Shown: positions 40,073-49,633 of the stretch, piece by piece
Layout of the letters: every line of letters starts with the position of its first letter
Position numbering within the stretch: position 1 is the stretch's first letter
NCBI GenBank assembly: GCA_963805805.1
Contig: CAWDVS010000026.1
Span: forward strand, 187,333-251,332
Length of the DNA: 64,000 nucleotides
From: an uncultured Actinomycetota bacterium
GTDB taxonomy: Bacteria; Actinomycetota; Actinomycetes; Streptosporangiales; Streptosporangiaceae
Reading direction: 5' to 3'
Made by a program: the position numbers and the translations under genes
Notes under the pieces: generated by a model
Told to the model about the DNA's origin: nothing
What the model saw: the letters and a program-made list of their open reading frames with translations, nothing else
The model's database searches: none

Positions 40073-43000
40073 CTTTGCCGCCATTGCCCTAGCTGGTATG
40101 TCGCTGCGGAGTGCGGCCGCGCCGGGCGCTAGTGCAGGCGGTCGCTCTGGTGTCGGCGCGAGCCGCCGCTCAAGCGCTTCGATGATGAATGGACGCAGCT
40201 CAGCGGCCGGGATGATGTCATCGACCGAACCCACCCGCCTGGCCCGCTGGACGTCGTGAATGCTGTCGAACTCATCGGCGACTTGCTTGAGCTTCTCGGC
40301 CCGAACTACCTGAGTGAGGACGGTCAGCTCATGCCGCAGGTCTGCGCGGGCGTCGGCCAGACCAGCTGCGAGCTTCTCGCGCCCGGTCACGATTCGCGGA
40401 TCATTGTCAGTCCTGGCGCTAACCTCGCGCGCAAAGACCACCGCGGCGGCTGGTCCGCCGCCGATCACCGACGCGTAAGAGCCGGCCACCGCAGCAGTCA
40501 CCATGCCGTCGTGCAGTCGCTTGGAAAACACTACGAAGGCGCCGCCGTGGTAGCGCGAAACCACCACGAAGATTATCGGGCCCCGGAAGTTAGTCACCGC
40601 GCGGCCGATCTCCGCGCCATACTCCAGTTGCCACTTGCGCATGCTCTCCGGTGAGCCGTCGAATCCGCTGAGGTTCGCCAGGACTACCAGGGGGCGGTTG
40701 CCGCTCGCGGCGTTCACGGCGCGGGCGATCTTGCGCGAGGACTGCGGGAAGAGCGTGCCGGATGTCCACGATGGCGGACCGTCGGCCGGGACGAATCCGG
40801 TGCGGGGAAGGGTCTGTGATTCGAGGCCGATGAGGCAGACCGGGAACCCGCCGACGTGCGCTTCCCAGACGATGGCGTTCTCGGCGTCGCGCCACCTCAT
40901 CCAGCGCTCGAACGGCTCATGATCAGTGTCGGTGACGGCGCGCATTACTGATCGCATGTCGAAAGGCTTCTTGCGCTCGCCATTCAGCTCGGCGGAGAAG
41001 ATATCCCCGATGCGCTGAAAATCCGACCCGGCAACGGTCTCGTGCGGCGACAGGCATACGTCCCGGTCAAATGGGTCGCTGGTGGGCGCCCGCCTCGGGC
41101 AGTCCTCACCCGGGACGATGTACGTGTGCTCGTAGTGCCGGAGCAACAGGGCGCATGCGTCGGCCAGGGTGGGGGCCCAGTACTGTCCTTGTCCGTTCGG
41201 GCCCATGATCCGGTCGAATCCGCCGATCCCGAAGTTGTCCTCGGCCGACACTCCGCCCGAGTAGTCCAGTGAGCTCTTGCCCGTCAGCACCATCGCGCTG
41301 TTCGGCGTCATCACGAGGATTCCGCGCGTATGCATGAGCATGGTGGCCTCGGCGTTCCAGTAGGGCTGCGCACCAACGTTGATCCCGGTGACCACGACGT
41401 TGATCTCACCGCCTGACTGCGTGAACTCGATCAGGCGCCGCAGCACCGCGGCTATCCAGTCCATGTTCTCGGTACCGCTGTCCCAGGCGATGCGGGCGCC
41501 CGAGGAGAGCGCGAACCACTCGACGGGAACCCTCATCCGACGGGCAAGTGCCAGCGCCCCGAGAATGCGGCGGCATTCCGGCTCGGCGAGGTTTCCCAGG
41601 CCCGAGGTCGGGTCGCCGAGAATTGCTACGCGACACATGCCCTCAGGTACCAGCGGGGTGTAGTTACTGATCACCCCGACCACGATGCCGGCGACGTTGC
41701 GGCCGTAGGGCCGGTCGACCGGCATTAGCTCGTCGCTGCTGTCGTCGAGGTCGTACTCGGTGAACGCGCCAGCAGGGAAGTCGGCGGGCGCGTTCAGCGG
41801 TGGAGTGAGCGTCCGGATGAGCTCATACGGATAGGGAAACCCGAGGCGCTGCGATCGCAGCAGCTTCTGCTTGTACTCAGTCAGTGGCCTGATTGGCCGG
41901 TCGGCAACTGGCCGGACTCGTACGCTGACCGCGCTGTCGGCGACGTTCTCTACGTCGAGGACAGCGTCATGGCCTTCCCCGGTGGCCGCATCCACCGTCC
42001 GGATCCTCACCGTGATCTTCTCAATGCCAAGGCCCGCGGCCATCGGTGCCAGCCTGTGGGCCACGCCACGCCAGGTCCCTTGTGCGATGTCCCAGGTCGG
42101 GCGCACGTAGAGGATGATCCGGTTGGTCAGCGGCCGCTGCTTCTGGGGCCGGCGGCTGAGCGCGTGACGGATGTCGGCAAGCGCCTGAGCAAGAACTCCC
42201 TCCAACTGCGGGAAGCCGATTGCCCGGCCGCCCGAGTCTCTGGCGGCGGTGAGGTCGCGAATCTCGGCGATTGCGATCAGGCGCTCGTCCTTCGGGTTCT
42301 CGCGGGCGACCGCGTGGAACAGGTAGATGTCCTCGGCGCTGGACATCCGCTGGAGAGTGAAGTTTGATAGCCGCCACAGCTCGAGACGCTCGGCGATCAT
42401 GGGATGCAAATTGCGGTAGAGCGGGTCCTCGGTGAACCCCGCATCGTCCTGGCGGAAGGTGAAGTGCAGGGTGCGCAGGTGCTCCTCGGGCTCTGCCTCC
42501 GGATCGGGGCCGCTCTCAGTGGTGACCGTGATGTCGAGACGGTGCAGCATATGACCGAAGTCAGTTCGCTGAAGCAAAGAGGCCAGCTCGGCGGCCATCT
42601 GCTCGGCATCCATCCACTCGCCGCTCCGCCAGGACTCGATATCCAGGACGACATGCTGGTCCGGGGGCAGGGTGGCGAGAAACGCCCGCAGCTCAGTGGC
42701 GAATCCGGCAAGGTCCGCGATGGACACATACCCGGTGACCAACTGCACGTCCCGCCCATCCTCGGTGTAGTTGGCGAGGCAGATCAGGTGCGGGCCGAAT
42801 GCGTGGCATCTCATCTGAGCAAGCTCGTGGATCCGGTAGTACCGGAGGGTCCGTGCCTGTAGCAGCCGTATCCTCGTGGTGGCATCCGCGTCGCGGTACC
42901 TTTCCCGCAGCAGCGCGCGCATTGGCTGCGGGCACCACATGAGGCGATCGGTGAGCTGGCGGAGACGTTCTCCGGAGGGATGTGCGGCGAGTTCGTCGAT

Positions 43001-45712
43001 GCACCGCTCCATCTCCGCATGCACTTGGTGGCGCTGGCGCCCTAGCGTCGGCGCATCGACGTAGCTGCGGCGCACCTCAAGTGCCAGGTCGCAGACTTCA
43101 TGATGACGTCCCTGCGTTGCGGCGACGAGACGGTCGAGGACCGCGAGCCGCTCGTCGGTCATCAGAGCCACCAGCGCGTCGCGCCGGTGCAGCCACTGGT
43201 CCAGGAGCGCCATGATGACCGGCGCGGTGACGTGGACTCGCGCAAGAGACCGGTACATGCGCAGCAGCGCGTGCTCAAGTTCCGGCGTGCGCCGCAGCGA
43301 CGTGACGCCGTAGCGCGCCAGCGCCCGGCGCAGCGGGCTGAGGAAGCGCGCCGGCAGCGCGCTGCGCTCTGGATCGAGAACGGCCAGGTAGGTGAACAGG
43401 TAGTCCTCGGCGCTGTGGGCGTGCTCATCCTCGGCCTCGTCCGGCTCACGCCGTGCCAGCGTGGCGATGTCGGCGAATATGTCGAGAAGTTCTTGCTGCT
43501 GGCCGACTAGGCCCGGGTCGGCCGGGCCGGCAGCTGTATTCATCGCCTCCTGCCTGATGCTCAGCGCCCGCGCGGCATCCTGGTCGACGTCATAGCCGAG
43601 CAAGTAGCCGCGAAGAGTAGCAGGATCGCCATGGCCGTCGGGGTTGTGTCCGTCCGCGCCGAAACCGGTTGCCAGTGCAGCCAGATCGAACCGCTGCCCG
43701 GCCGTGGCATGACGGTCCGGCTGATCCGGTGGCAGCAGCTGCACCAATGACGCGCCGGCCTCCACCTGTGTGTTGACGCGGGCGAGCACGGCGTGGACCG
43801 TACCTGGAAGAGGAGCCGTGATGGAGGTCTCCATTTTCATGCTCTCGACCACGATGAGCGGATCGCCGGCCCTGACCGTATCGCCAGGGGCGACGAGGAC
43901 CTGGACAACGAACGCGGGGGCCGGGGCGCGGACGTGACCTCCGTCGTCGCGGGTGATGACGTGGGGTATGCCGCCTACTTCAATGATGATCCTCGGCCCT
44001 TGTACATCGGCGACGACACGAAGGCGCTGCCCGAGGCAGGTCACGGCGCGCTCGTAGCGGCTGAGGCGCTGGACATTCACGTCTATGACACCCTCGCCGG
44101 TGTCGACTCGGTAGTCACCGCGCTCTAGGCAGTAAACGTGCATTCGGTAGGTGTTGCCGCGCAGGCTCAGCTCGACCGCGTGCCCAACCTTGTCCGGCAA
44201 TTCCGGCCGCCCGCGAGCCGCGGCCGCAAAGAAGTTGGCCTGGACGGCGGCCTGATCCACGTCGGCCGCCTCGATGGCCGCCGCCAGCAGCGCAACGGGG
44301 TTCTGCTGCGGAAGATGCTGCCCGGCGGCGGTAAGCCGGTCGAGCCATTGGTTGTCGTAGCTGCCCGCACGCATCTCAGACCGGTCAACCAGGGCGAGCA
44401 GGAAGGCCTTGTTGGTGGTCCCGCCGTCAACGACGACGACCGATTGCGCAAGGGCGCGGTGCAGCCTGCTCAGTGCCTCGGGCCGGTCCTGGCCCAACGC
44501 GACGACTTTGGCGATCATCGAGTCGAACTCGGGCGCGATCTCGTCGCCCTCCGCGAGGCCGGCGTCGACGCGGATACCCGGGCCGCACGGCGCCCGCAGC
44601 GCGGACACCCGGCCAGGTGCCGGGGCGAAAGCGTGCTCTGGGTCCTCGGCGTTGAGGCGAGCTTCGATGGCGTGCCCGCGGATCAGCGGCGGGCTCCCCT
44701 CCAGCCGCCCACCTTGCGCGATGTGGAGCTGCAGTTTGACCAGATCGAGTCCGGTGGTCAGTTCGGTGACCGGGTGCTCGACCTGGAGCCGGGTGTTGAC
44801 CTCCATGAACAGGGATTTCCGGGTCGCCGGATCGACGAGGAACTCGACCGTGCCGGTGCTCTTATAGCCCGCCGCGGCGCATAGCCGGACAGCCGCGTCG
44901 CGCAGCGCATTCTCTGCGGACTTGTCGAGCAGGGTGCAGGCCGACTCCTCGATGACCTTCTGGTTGCGCCGCTGAACGCTGCAGTCGCGGACGCCGACCG
45001 CCCACACCGCGCCATGGCCATCGGCCACCACCTGAACTTCCACGTGGCGCGCGGCATCCTGCCTGCGCTCGATGAAGACAGTGCGGTCACCGAACGCGTG
45101 GTCCGCCTCGGCCTGGGCGGTAGCGAACGCGTCGCGCATGCGATCGGCGGATTCCACCGCTCTGATGCCCCGGCCTCCCCCTCCAGCAGCTGCCTTCACA
45201 AGTACCGGATAGCCCAGCATTCCCGCGGCGAGCAGCGCGCTGTCGGCGTCATGGACGGGACCTCCGCTCCATGGCACGACGGGGACACCGACGCTCTCAG
45301 CAAGCCGCTTGGCATTCACCTTGTCGCCGAGGAGCCGGATGGTCTCACTGGACGGGCCGACGAAGGTGATACCCGCGCGCTCGCAGCGTTGGGCGAATTC
45401 GGCCGACTCGGCGACAAAGCCCCAGCCCACCCAGACAGCGTCGGCGCGCGCCTCTGCAAGCGCTGTCATCAGCCGGTCGAGATCGAGGTAGGTGCTCTTG
45501 CGGCGGCCGTCAGGGTCGGCGAAGGTCGCCGGGCCGAGCAGCACGGCCTCGCTGGCTTCCCGGACGAACCACGCTGCTGAGTCCGGCTGCGTGTACAGGG
45601 CGATCGTGGCGATAGGGTCGCTGGAGTCCGAGTTGAGCTCCGCGACCGCGGCGATGCAGCGCATCGCCGCTTCTCCGCGGTTGACAATGGCGAGTCTGCG
45701 AATGGTGGTCAC
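39785..45712 (-). CDS. fused multidomain acyl/acetyl-CoA carboxylase (biotin carboxylase - BCCP - central region - carboxyltransferase); 3' ~300 nt of the ORF is doubtful
   Basis: The GTG start follows GGGAG. The BC ATP-grasp domain starts IAIVNRGEAAMRCI.... The biotinyl motif VVESMKMET has its Lys codon at 43835-43837. The C-terminus is a CT domain (...GGAFVVFS...). The last ~95 aa are Arg-rich and antisense to the PPTase gene. Confidence 0.85.
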   Translation of the reverse strand: MTTIRRLAIVNRGEAAMRCIAAVAELNSDSSDPIATIALYTQPDSAAWFVREASEAVLLGPATFADPDGRRKSTYLDLDRLMTALAEARADAVWVGWGFVAESAEFAQRCERAGITFVGPSSETIRLLGDKVNAKRLAESVGVPVVPWSGGPVHDADSALLAAGMLGYPVLVKAAAGGGGRGIRAVESADRMRDAFATAQAEADHAFGDRTVFIERRQDAARHVEVQVVADGHGAVWAVGVRDCSVQRRNQKVIEESACTLLDKSAENALRDAAVRLCAAAGYKSTGTVEFLVDPATRKSLFMEVNTRLQVEHPVTELTTGLDLVKLQLHIAQGGRLEGSPPLIRGHAIEARLNAEDPEHAFAPAPGRVSALRAPCGPGIRVDAGLAEGDEIAPEFDSMIAKVVALGQDRPEALSRLHRALAQSVVVVDGGTTNKAFLLALVDRSEMRAGSYDNQWLDRLTAAGQHLPQQNPVALLAAAIEAADVDQAAVQANFFAAAARGRPELPDKVGHAVELSLRGNTYRMHVYCLERGDYRVDTGEGVIDVNVQRLSRYERAVTCLGQRLRVVADVQGPRIIIEVGGIPHVITRDDGGHVRAPAPAFVVQVLVAPGDTVRAGDPLIVVESMKMETSITAPLPGTVHAVLARVNTQVEAGASLVQLLPPDQPDRHATAGQRFDLAALATGFGADGHNPDGHGDPATLRGYLLGYDVDQDAARALSIRQEAMNTAAGPADPGLVGQQQELLDIFADIATLARREPDEAEDEHAHSAEDYLFTYLAVLDPERSALPARFLSPLRRALARYGVTSLRRTPELEHALLRMYRSLARVHVTAPVIMALLDQWLHRRDALVALMTDERLAVLDRLVAATQGRHHEVCDLALEVRRSYVDAPTLGRQRHQVHAEMERCIDELAAHPSGERLRQLTDRLMWCPQPMRALLRERYRDADATTRIRLLQARTLRYYRIHELAQMRCHAFGPHLICLANYTEDGRDVQLVTGYVSIADLAGFATELRAFLATLPPDQHVVLDIESWRSGEWMDAEQMAAELASLLQRTDFGHMLHRLDITVTTESGPDPEAEPEEHLRTLHFTFRQDDAGFTEDPLYRNLHPMIAERLELWRLSNFTLQRMSSAEDIYLFHAVARENPKDERLIAIAEIRDLTAARDSGGRAIGFPQLEGVLAQALADIRHALSRRPQKQRPLTNRIILYVRPTWDIAQGTWRGVAHRLAPMAAGLGIEKITVRIRTVDAATGEGHDAVLDVENVADSAVSVRVRPVADRPIRPLTEYKQKLLRSQRLGFPYPYELIRTLTPPLNAPADFPAGAFTEYDLDDSSDELMPVDRPYGRNVAGIVVGVISNYTPLVPEGMCRVAILGDPTSGLGNLAEPECRRILGALALARRMRVPVEWFALSSGARIAWDSGTENMDWIAAVLRRLIEFTQSGGEINVVVTGINVGAQPYWNAEATMLMHTRGILVMTPNSAMVLTGKSSLDYSGGVSAEDNFGIGGFDRIMGPNGQGQYWAPTLADACALLLRHYEHTYIVPGEDCPRRAPTSDPFDRDVCLSPHETVAGSDFQRIGDIFSAELNGERKKPFDMRSVMRAVTDTDHEPFERWMRWRDAENAIVWEAHVGGFPVCLIGLESQTLPRTGFVPADGPPSWTSGTLFPQSSRKIARAVNAASGNRPLVVLANLSGFDGSPESMRKWQLEYGAEIGRAVTNFRGPIIFVVVSRYHGGAFVVFSKRLHDGMVTAAVAGSYASVIGGGPAAAVVFAREVSARTDNDPRIVTGREKLAAGLADARADLRHELTVLTQVVRAEKLKQVADEFDSIHDVQRARRVGSVDDIIPAAELRPFIIEALERRLAPTPERPPALAPGAAALRSDIPARAMAAKLCQRPVQPGMRGRQLVQRRDSLQRRRRQELSGCACGKHERSAPPPPAAESEALDGTDLERRPGPLRWRQVFHGHLDRPGIPAQAGAEHFQRALLG

Positions 45713-45745
45713 GCCGGCTCCCGTAGCCGCGAGTAACTCACGTCA

Positions 45746-46545
45746 GCCCCGCATAGCTGCACGTATCGGGCGCTGGAGCTCGTCCGCAATCGCACCGGGC
45801 AGCGCCATGGAACGGTACCCGTCGATGCGGACGAGCACGTCGCCGGCCGAGTCCACGACGCGGCAGTCGAAACTGCCGTCGCTCACCGGATGAACGAGAG
45901 CGAGCAGGGGCCCGTTGCCACGTGGCTTGTGCAATGTCCGGATCAGGTCGGCATGCCAGGGCAGCGCCAGCCGCCCCGCCTGGCCGATGTCCCACAGACC
46001 GACCGTCTGGAAGCACAGCTCGGCCAGCAGTGGCTCGGTCGTCGTCGGATCTCCCGATGGCAGGTGGTCGGGGGGCAGGTGCTCGGCTAGTCGGCCGACG
46101 ACGTGACCGTTGCAGCGCCACGCCTCGTCGAGCACCTGGTAGGCGGGGCCATGGGGGAACACGCGGTAAATGTCGGCATGGCCGACACGCGCGGCAGTAG
46201 CACTGGTGGGGGAGTCATCAATCTCCGGGCGCAGCGCCTGCGTAGTGAGCCGGACGCTGCCGGTGAAATGCGTTGTCCAGCGCGGTGCCTCGTCCCCCTT
46301 GATCATCCTGCTGCAGAGCCATCGCGCAGTCCGCCACGAGGTCGGAGCCATCCCTGCGGACCACCGCCCGAACCGTCACCGTCCGCGGCTCATCGCGGTA
46401 GAACTTCACTGGCGCCATGAAGTCCATTCGCTCAACGCCCGCCACGTTCAGGTCCGGAGCTGCGAGGCTCGCGACTGCGGCGAAGGCCTCGGCGCCCATG
46501 ACCCCGGGGAGCACCGTGATGGATTCGATCTTGTGATCATGCAGG
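45746..46545 (-). other. PKS domain DH (polyketide-type double hot-dog dehydratase)
   Basis: It has FLHDHKIESITVLPGVMGAEAF (HxxxGxxxxP) and a second motif region LLAELCFQTVGLW. A frame break lies at about 46310-46330. Confidence 0.75.
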
Positions 46546-46564
46546 AACGGCTGTGCTAGCTGGG

Positions 46565-48140
46565 TCCAGTGTCGTCTCGACCGTCAGCCCTGAGTAGACG
46601 CCCATGCAGGTAACGGATCCGGCCATCGGTCTGGCCCCGGTCCTGACGGCGGCGATGTCGAGGCCGCCGGCGGGGTCAAGCTCGCGCAGCATCATGCCGA
46701 GCTCTCCAGCGACGACGACCTCACCGCGGAACGGGCCAGCTGTCAGCTCCCGCCTAATCCAGGCGATTCCTGCCTCGGGAGGCAGCATCTCTATCCCGGC
46801 CATCTCCATGATCTTCGGGATGGATCCGCGCGTGGCCATGCCGAGGCCGGCCCACGCGGTCCAGTCGAGGACGATCCCGCGGGTGCCCGGCCGGGTCCGG
46901 CGGAAGCTCGACGTGATCTTGCACAGCAGATCGTTAGCCGCGCTGTAGTCGGTCTGGCCGGCATTGCCGAACCGGGCTGCCACCGAGCTGAAAGCCACGG
47001 TCGCGCCGATCGGCAGGTCGCCGGCCGCATGCAGGAGGTTGAACCAGCCATCGCTCTTCACATCGAATACGAGGTCATATTCGCGGCGGTCCTTGTCGGC
47101 GATCCCGCGGCTGATCTCGATCCCGGCCGCGTGCAGCAGTACGTCGATGCGCCCGTGCCGTTCGCTGATGTCCGTGACAACCCGTGCGACTGCCTCGGCG
47201 TCGGTCAGGTCTAGTGCGTGGTAATGAGCTTCGCCCCCTGCCGCGCGTACGGCTTGTATCGCGGTGAGCGCGGACTGGAGCCGCTCGTAGCGGGAGAGCT
47301 CACGCTCGACCAGCACGGGCGTTGGCCGTTGTCCGCCTGCCTTGAGCCGCTCGCTGATCGTTGCTTTGAACGCATCCCGGTCGGTTGCGAACTGAACCAG
47401 ATCCACGTCGGCAGGATCAGGCTCAGGACTCAGATCGAGCAGGTGGAAGGTGCCGCCGCTGGCGGCAGCCAGGTCTGCGACGATCGCTGACACGATGCTG
47501 CCGGCCGCCCCGGTGACGACGAACACGCTCTCGCTCCAAGGGTTAGCCCGCCAGCTCCGTCGCCGAACGCGACCTCGCGCAGGCCCACGGTCCAACGGCG
47601 GCCGTCTGCCCGGCCGACCTCTACTGCTCCCGGGTCACGCCGGGTCTCCTCGATGAGCGCGTCAGCGAGCGACGCGGTCTTCCTGCTGACGGGGAAGTCC
47701 ACGGCCTTGACGAGTACTTCAGCCCGCTCACGGTGGTAGGCCTTGGTGAAGCCGGTCACGGCACCGCCGAGAGGTGCAATGGCGCCCGTTTCGTCATAGC
47801 CGTGGTAGCCACCGAGGCGGGTGGCCGAGACCAGGAACGTGCCCCGAGGTCCGAGCTGACCCTCGCGATCCAGGCGCCGCACCACCGAATGCAGGTTCTT
47901 CACCCGGCTGGCCAATGCATCGCGCCAGCCGGCCAGGTCGAGTTCCTCAATGGGCGGCTCGGCATCAAGCGCCGCAAGCCAGTACAGGCCGTGCACAGGA
48001 CCGTCCGCGAGCCACGTCCCCATCCGCGCGTCGATTGCGTCGGCTGCGGATCCGGCTTCCAGGACAAGAGCGGTCACGCCAAGCGCACCAAGGCGCCTGA
48101 CGAGCGCGGCCGCGACGCCACCCTTGTCTGCCATCACGAT
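46565..48140 (-). other. PKS domain KR (structural + catalytic subdomains)
   Basis: It has VIVMADKGGVAAALVRRL (pseudo-Rossmann), VFVVTGAAGSIVSAI (Rossmann), and VAFSSVAARFGNAGQTDYSAAN (catalytic Tyr). Confidence 0.8.
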
Positions 48141-48343
48141 GACGCGTTTGGTGTCGTCCAGGGTCACGCCGGTGAGGGAGCACCACTCGATCGGAGGCCG
48201 CAGCACCGGAATCGGAATCCGGCGCGGCAGCGCTTCGGCTGCGGCGATGTCTCCTGTGAACGCGGGCGTGCTCCGAAACGCCGGCGGTGCCTCCTGGGCC
48301 GTCGGGGAGTTGTGGCCAGCCGGGCCGCTGCGAGCTGTGCCCG

Positions 48344-48585
48344 GTCGCGGGCGAAGCCGATGACGTGGGCGAGGGTGGGGAAGTCGCGCAGCCTGAGGTT
48401 CTCATCGCGCGGGATGCCGAACCGTTCCCGCACGGCCGCGAACACCTCGGCCTGCTTGACGGTGTCGACGCCGAGGTCGGCTTCGAGGTCAAGATCGAGG
48501 TCGAGCAGCTCGGCCGGGTAGCCGGTCATCTCGCTGACGATCTGCACGATCTGACTGGTGACCGCGTCAGCGGCTGGCTCGGCTG
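48344..48585. repeat. ACP-encoding tandem repeat copy A (period 344 bp)
   Basis: By eye it is identical to 48688-48929 except for one mismatch (accgcg versus acggcg). Confidence 0.9.
48350..48571 (-). other. ACP3 (PP-binding) with DT in place of DS
   Basis: The core is identical to ACP2. The Thr codon ACC is at 48461-48463. Confidence 0.8.
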
Positions 48586-48687
48586 GTGCTTGCGCGGCCG
48601 GCTCTGCCGGGACTTCGGCGCGGCGGCCGCCCGGTGCCACCGTCGCGGCATGCTGCGCGGCGGTGGCGGGTTGTGTCACCTGTCCGC

Positions 48688-48929
48688 GTCGCGGGCGAAG
48701 CCGATGACGTGGGCGAGGGTGGGGAAGTCGCGCAGCCTGAGGTTCTCATCGCGCGGGATGCCGAACCGTTCCCGCACGGCCGCGAACACCTCGGCCTGCT
48801 TGACGGTGTCGACGCCGAGGTCGGCTTCGAGGTCAAGATCGAGGTCGAGCAGCTCGGCCGGGTAGCCGGTCATCTCGCTGACGATCTGCACGATCTGACT
48901 GGTGACGGCGTCAGCGGCTGGCTCGGCTG
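48688..48929. repeat. ACP-encoding tandem repeat copy B
   Basis: See copy A. Confidence 0.9.
48694..48915 (-). other. ACP2 (PP-binding) with DT in place of DS
   Basis: The core is identical to ACP3. The Thr codon ACC is at 48805-48807. Confidence 0.8.
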
Positions 48930-49018
48930 CGGCGGCGGCGGCCGGCTCGCCCGGTGTCACCGGTGGCAGGCTGCCCGTGCGCTCCGGAGCCGAGCCGTTC
49001 GGTGCGTCGGTCACCTGC

Positions 49019-49246
49019 CCGCTCACGGACGAAGCCGATGACGTGGGCGAGGGTGGGGAAGTCGCGCAGCCTGAGGTTCTCATCGCGCGGGATGCCGAAC
49101 CGTTCCCGCACGGCCGCGAACACCTCGGCCTGCTTGACGGTATCGACGCCAAGGTCGGCTTCGAGGTCGAGGTCCGGCTCCAGCAGGTCTCGTGAATAAC
49201 CGGTCAGGCCCTCAACGATGTCGAGCACGGTTTGCTCGACCAGGTC
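49019..49246 (-). other. ACP1 (PP-binding) with DT in place of DS
   Basis: The sequence is [45 protein letters not shown]. The Thr codon ACC is at 49139-49141. Confidence 0.8.
49031..49172. repeat. ACP-encoding tandem repeat copy C (partial, few mismatches, then diverges)
   Basis: It shares gaagccgatgacgtgggcgagggtggggaagtcgcgcagcctgaggttctcatcgcgcggg... with copies A and B, at an offset of 334 bp from B. Confidence 0.85.
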
Positions 49247-49633
49247 TGCCGGAGACACTGCGGGCACACTCAGAGCAGGCGCCGGAACTGCTGGCGCCGG
49301 CGGTGCTGCCTGCGCCATGGTCGGCACTGGTTCTGCCGCGGGTGCCCGGCCGTTCGCCACCTGGCCGTTCGCCGCGGCGACAACCGCGACGTCGGTAGCT
49401 GCGGTAGCAGGTGATTGCGCGGCTGCGGGCACTACCGCGGGATCGGCAGGGGCCGCGGGTACCTGGACAGGACCATCATCGGTGACGCGCAGGCGGTGCT
49501 GCACGACCTCAAGCCGAGCATCCGGACGACCACTCACCCGCGCCAGCCACGAGCGCCATGTCACGTCGTCGACCACGCGATAGGCGAAGCCCAGGTCGGT
49601 CGGCGCCTGACGCCGGCCATCGGCTGGCGCGGT

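Noticed and set aside
48344-49172. Regularly spaced near-identical repeats, considered as a possible CRISPR array.
   Set aside because: The period is ~344 bp and the repeats are ~240 bp. They encode ACP domains in frame within a PKS, and there is no short repeat/spacer structure.
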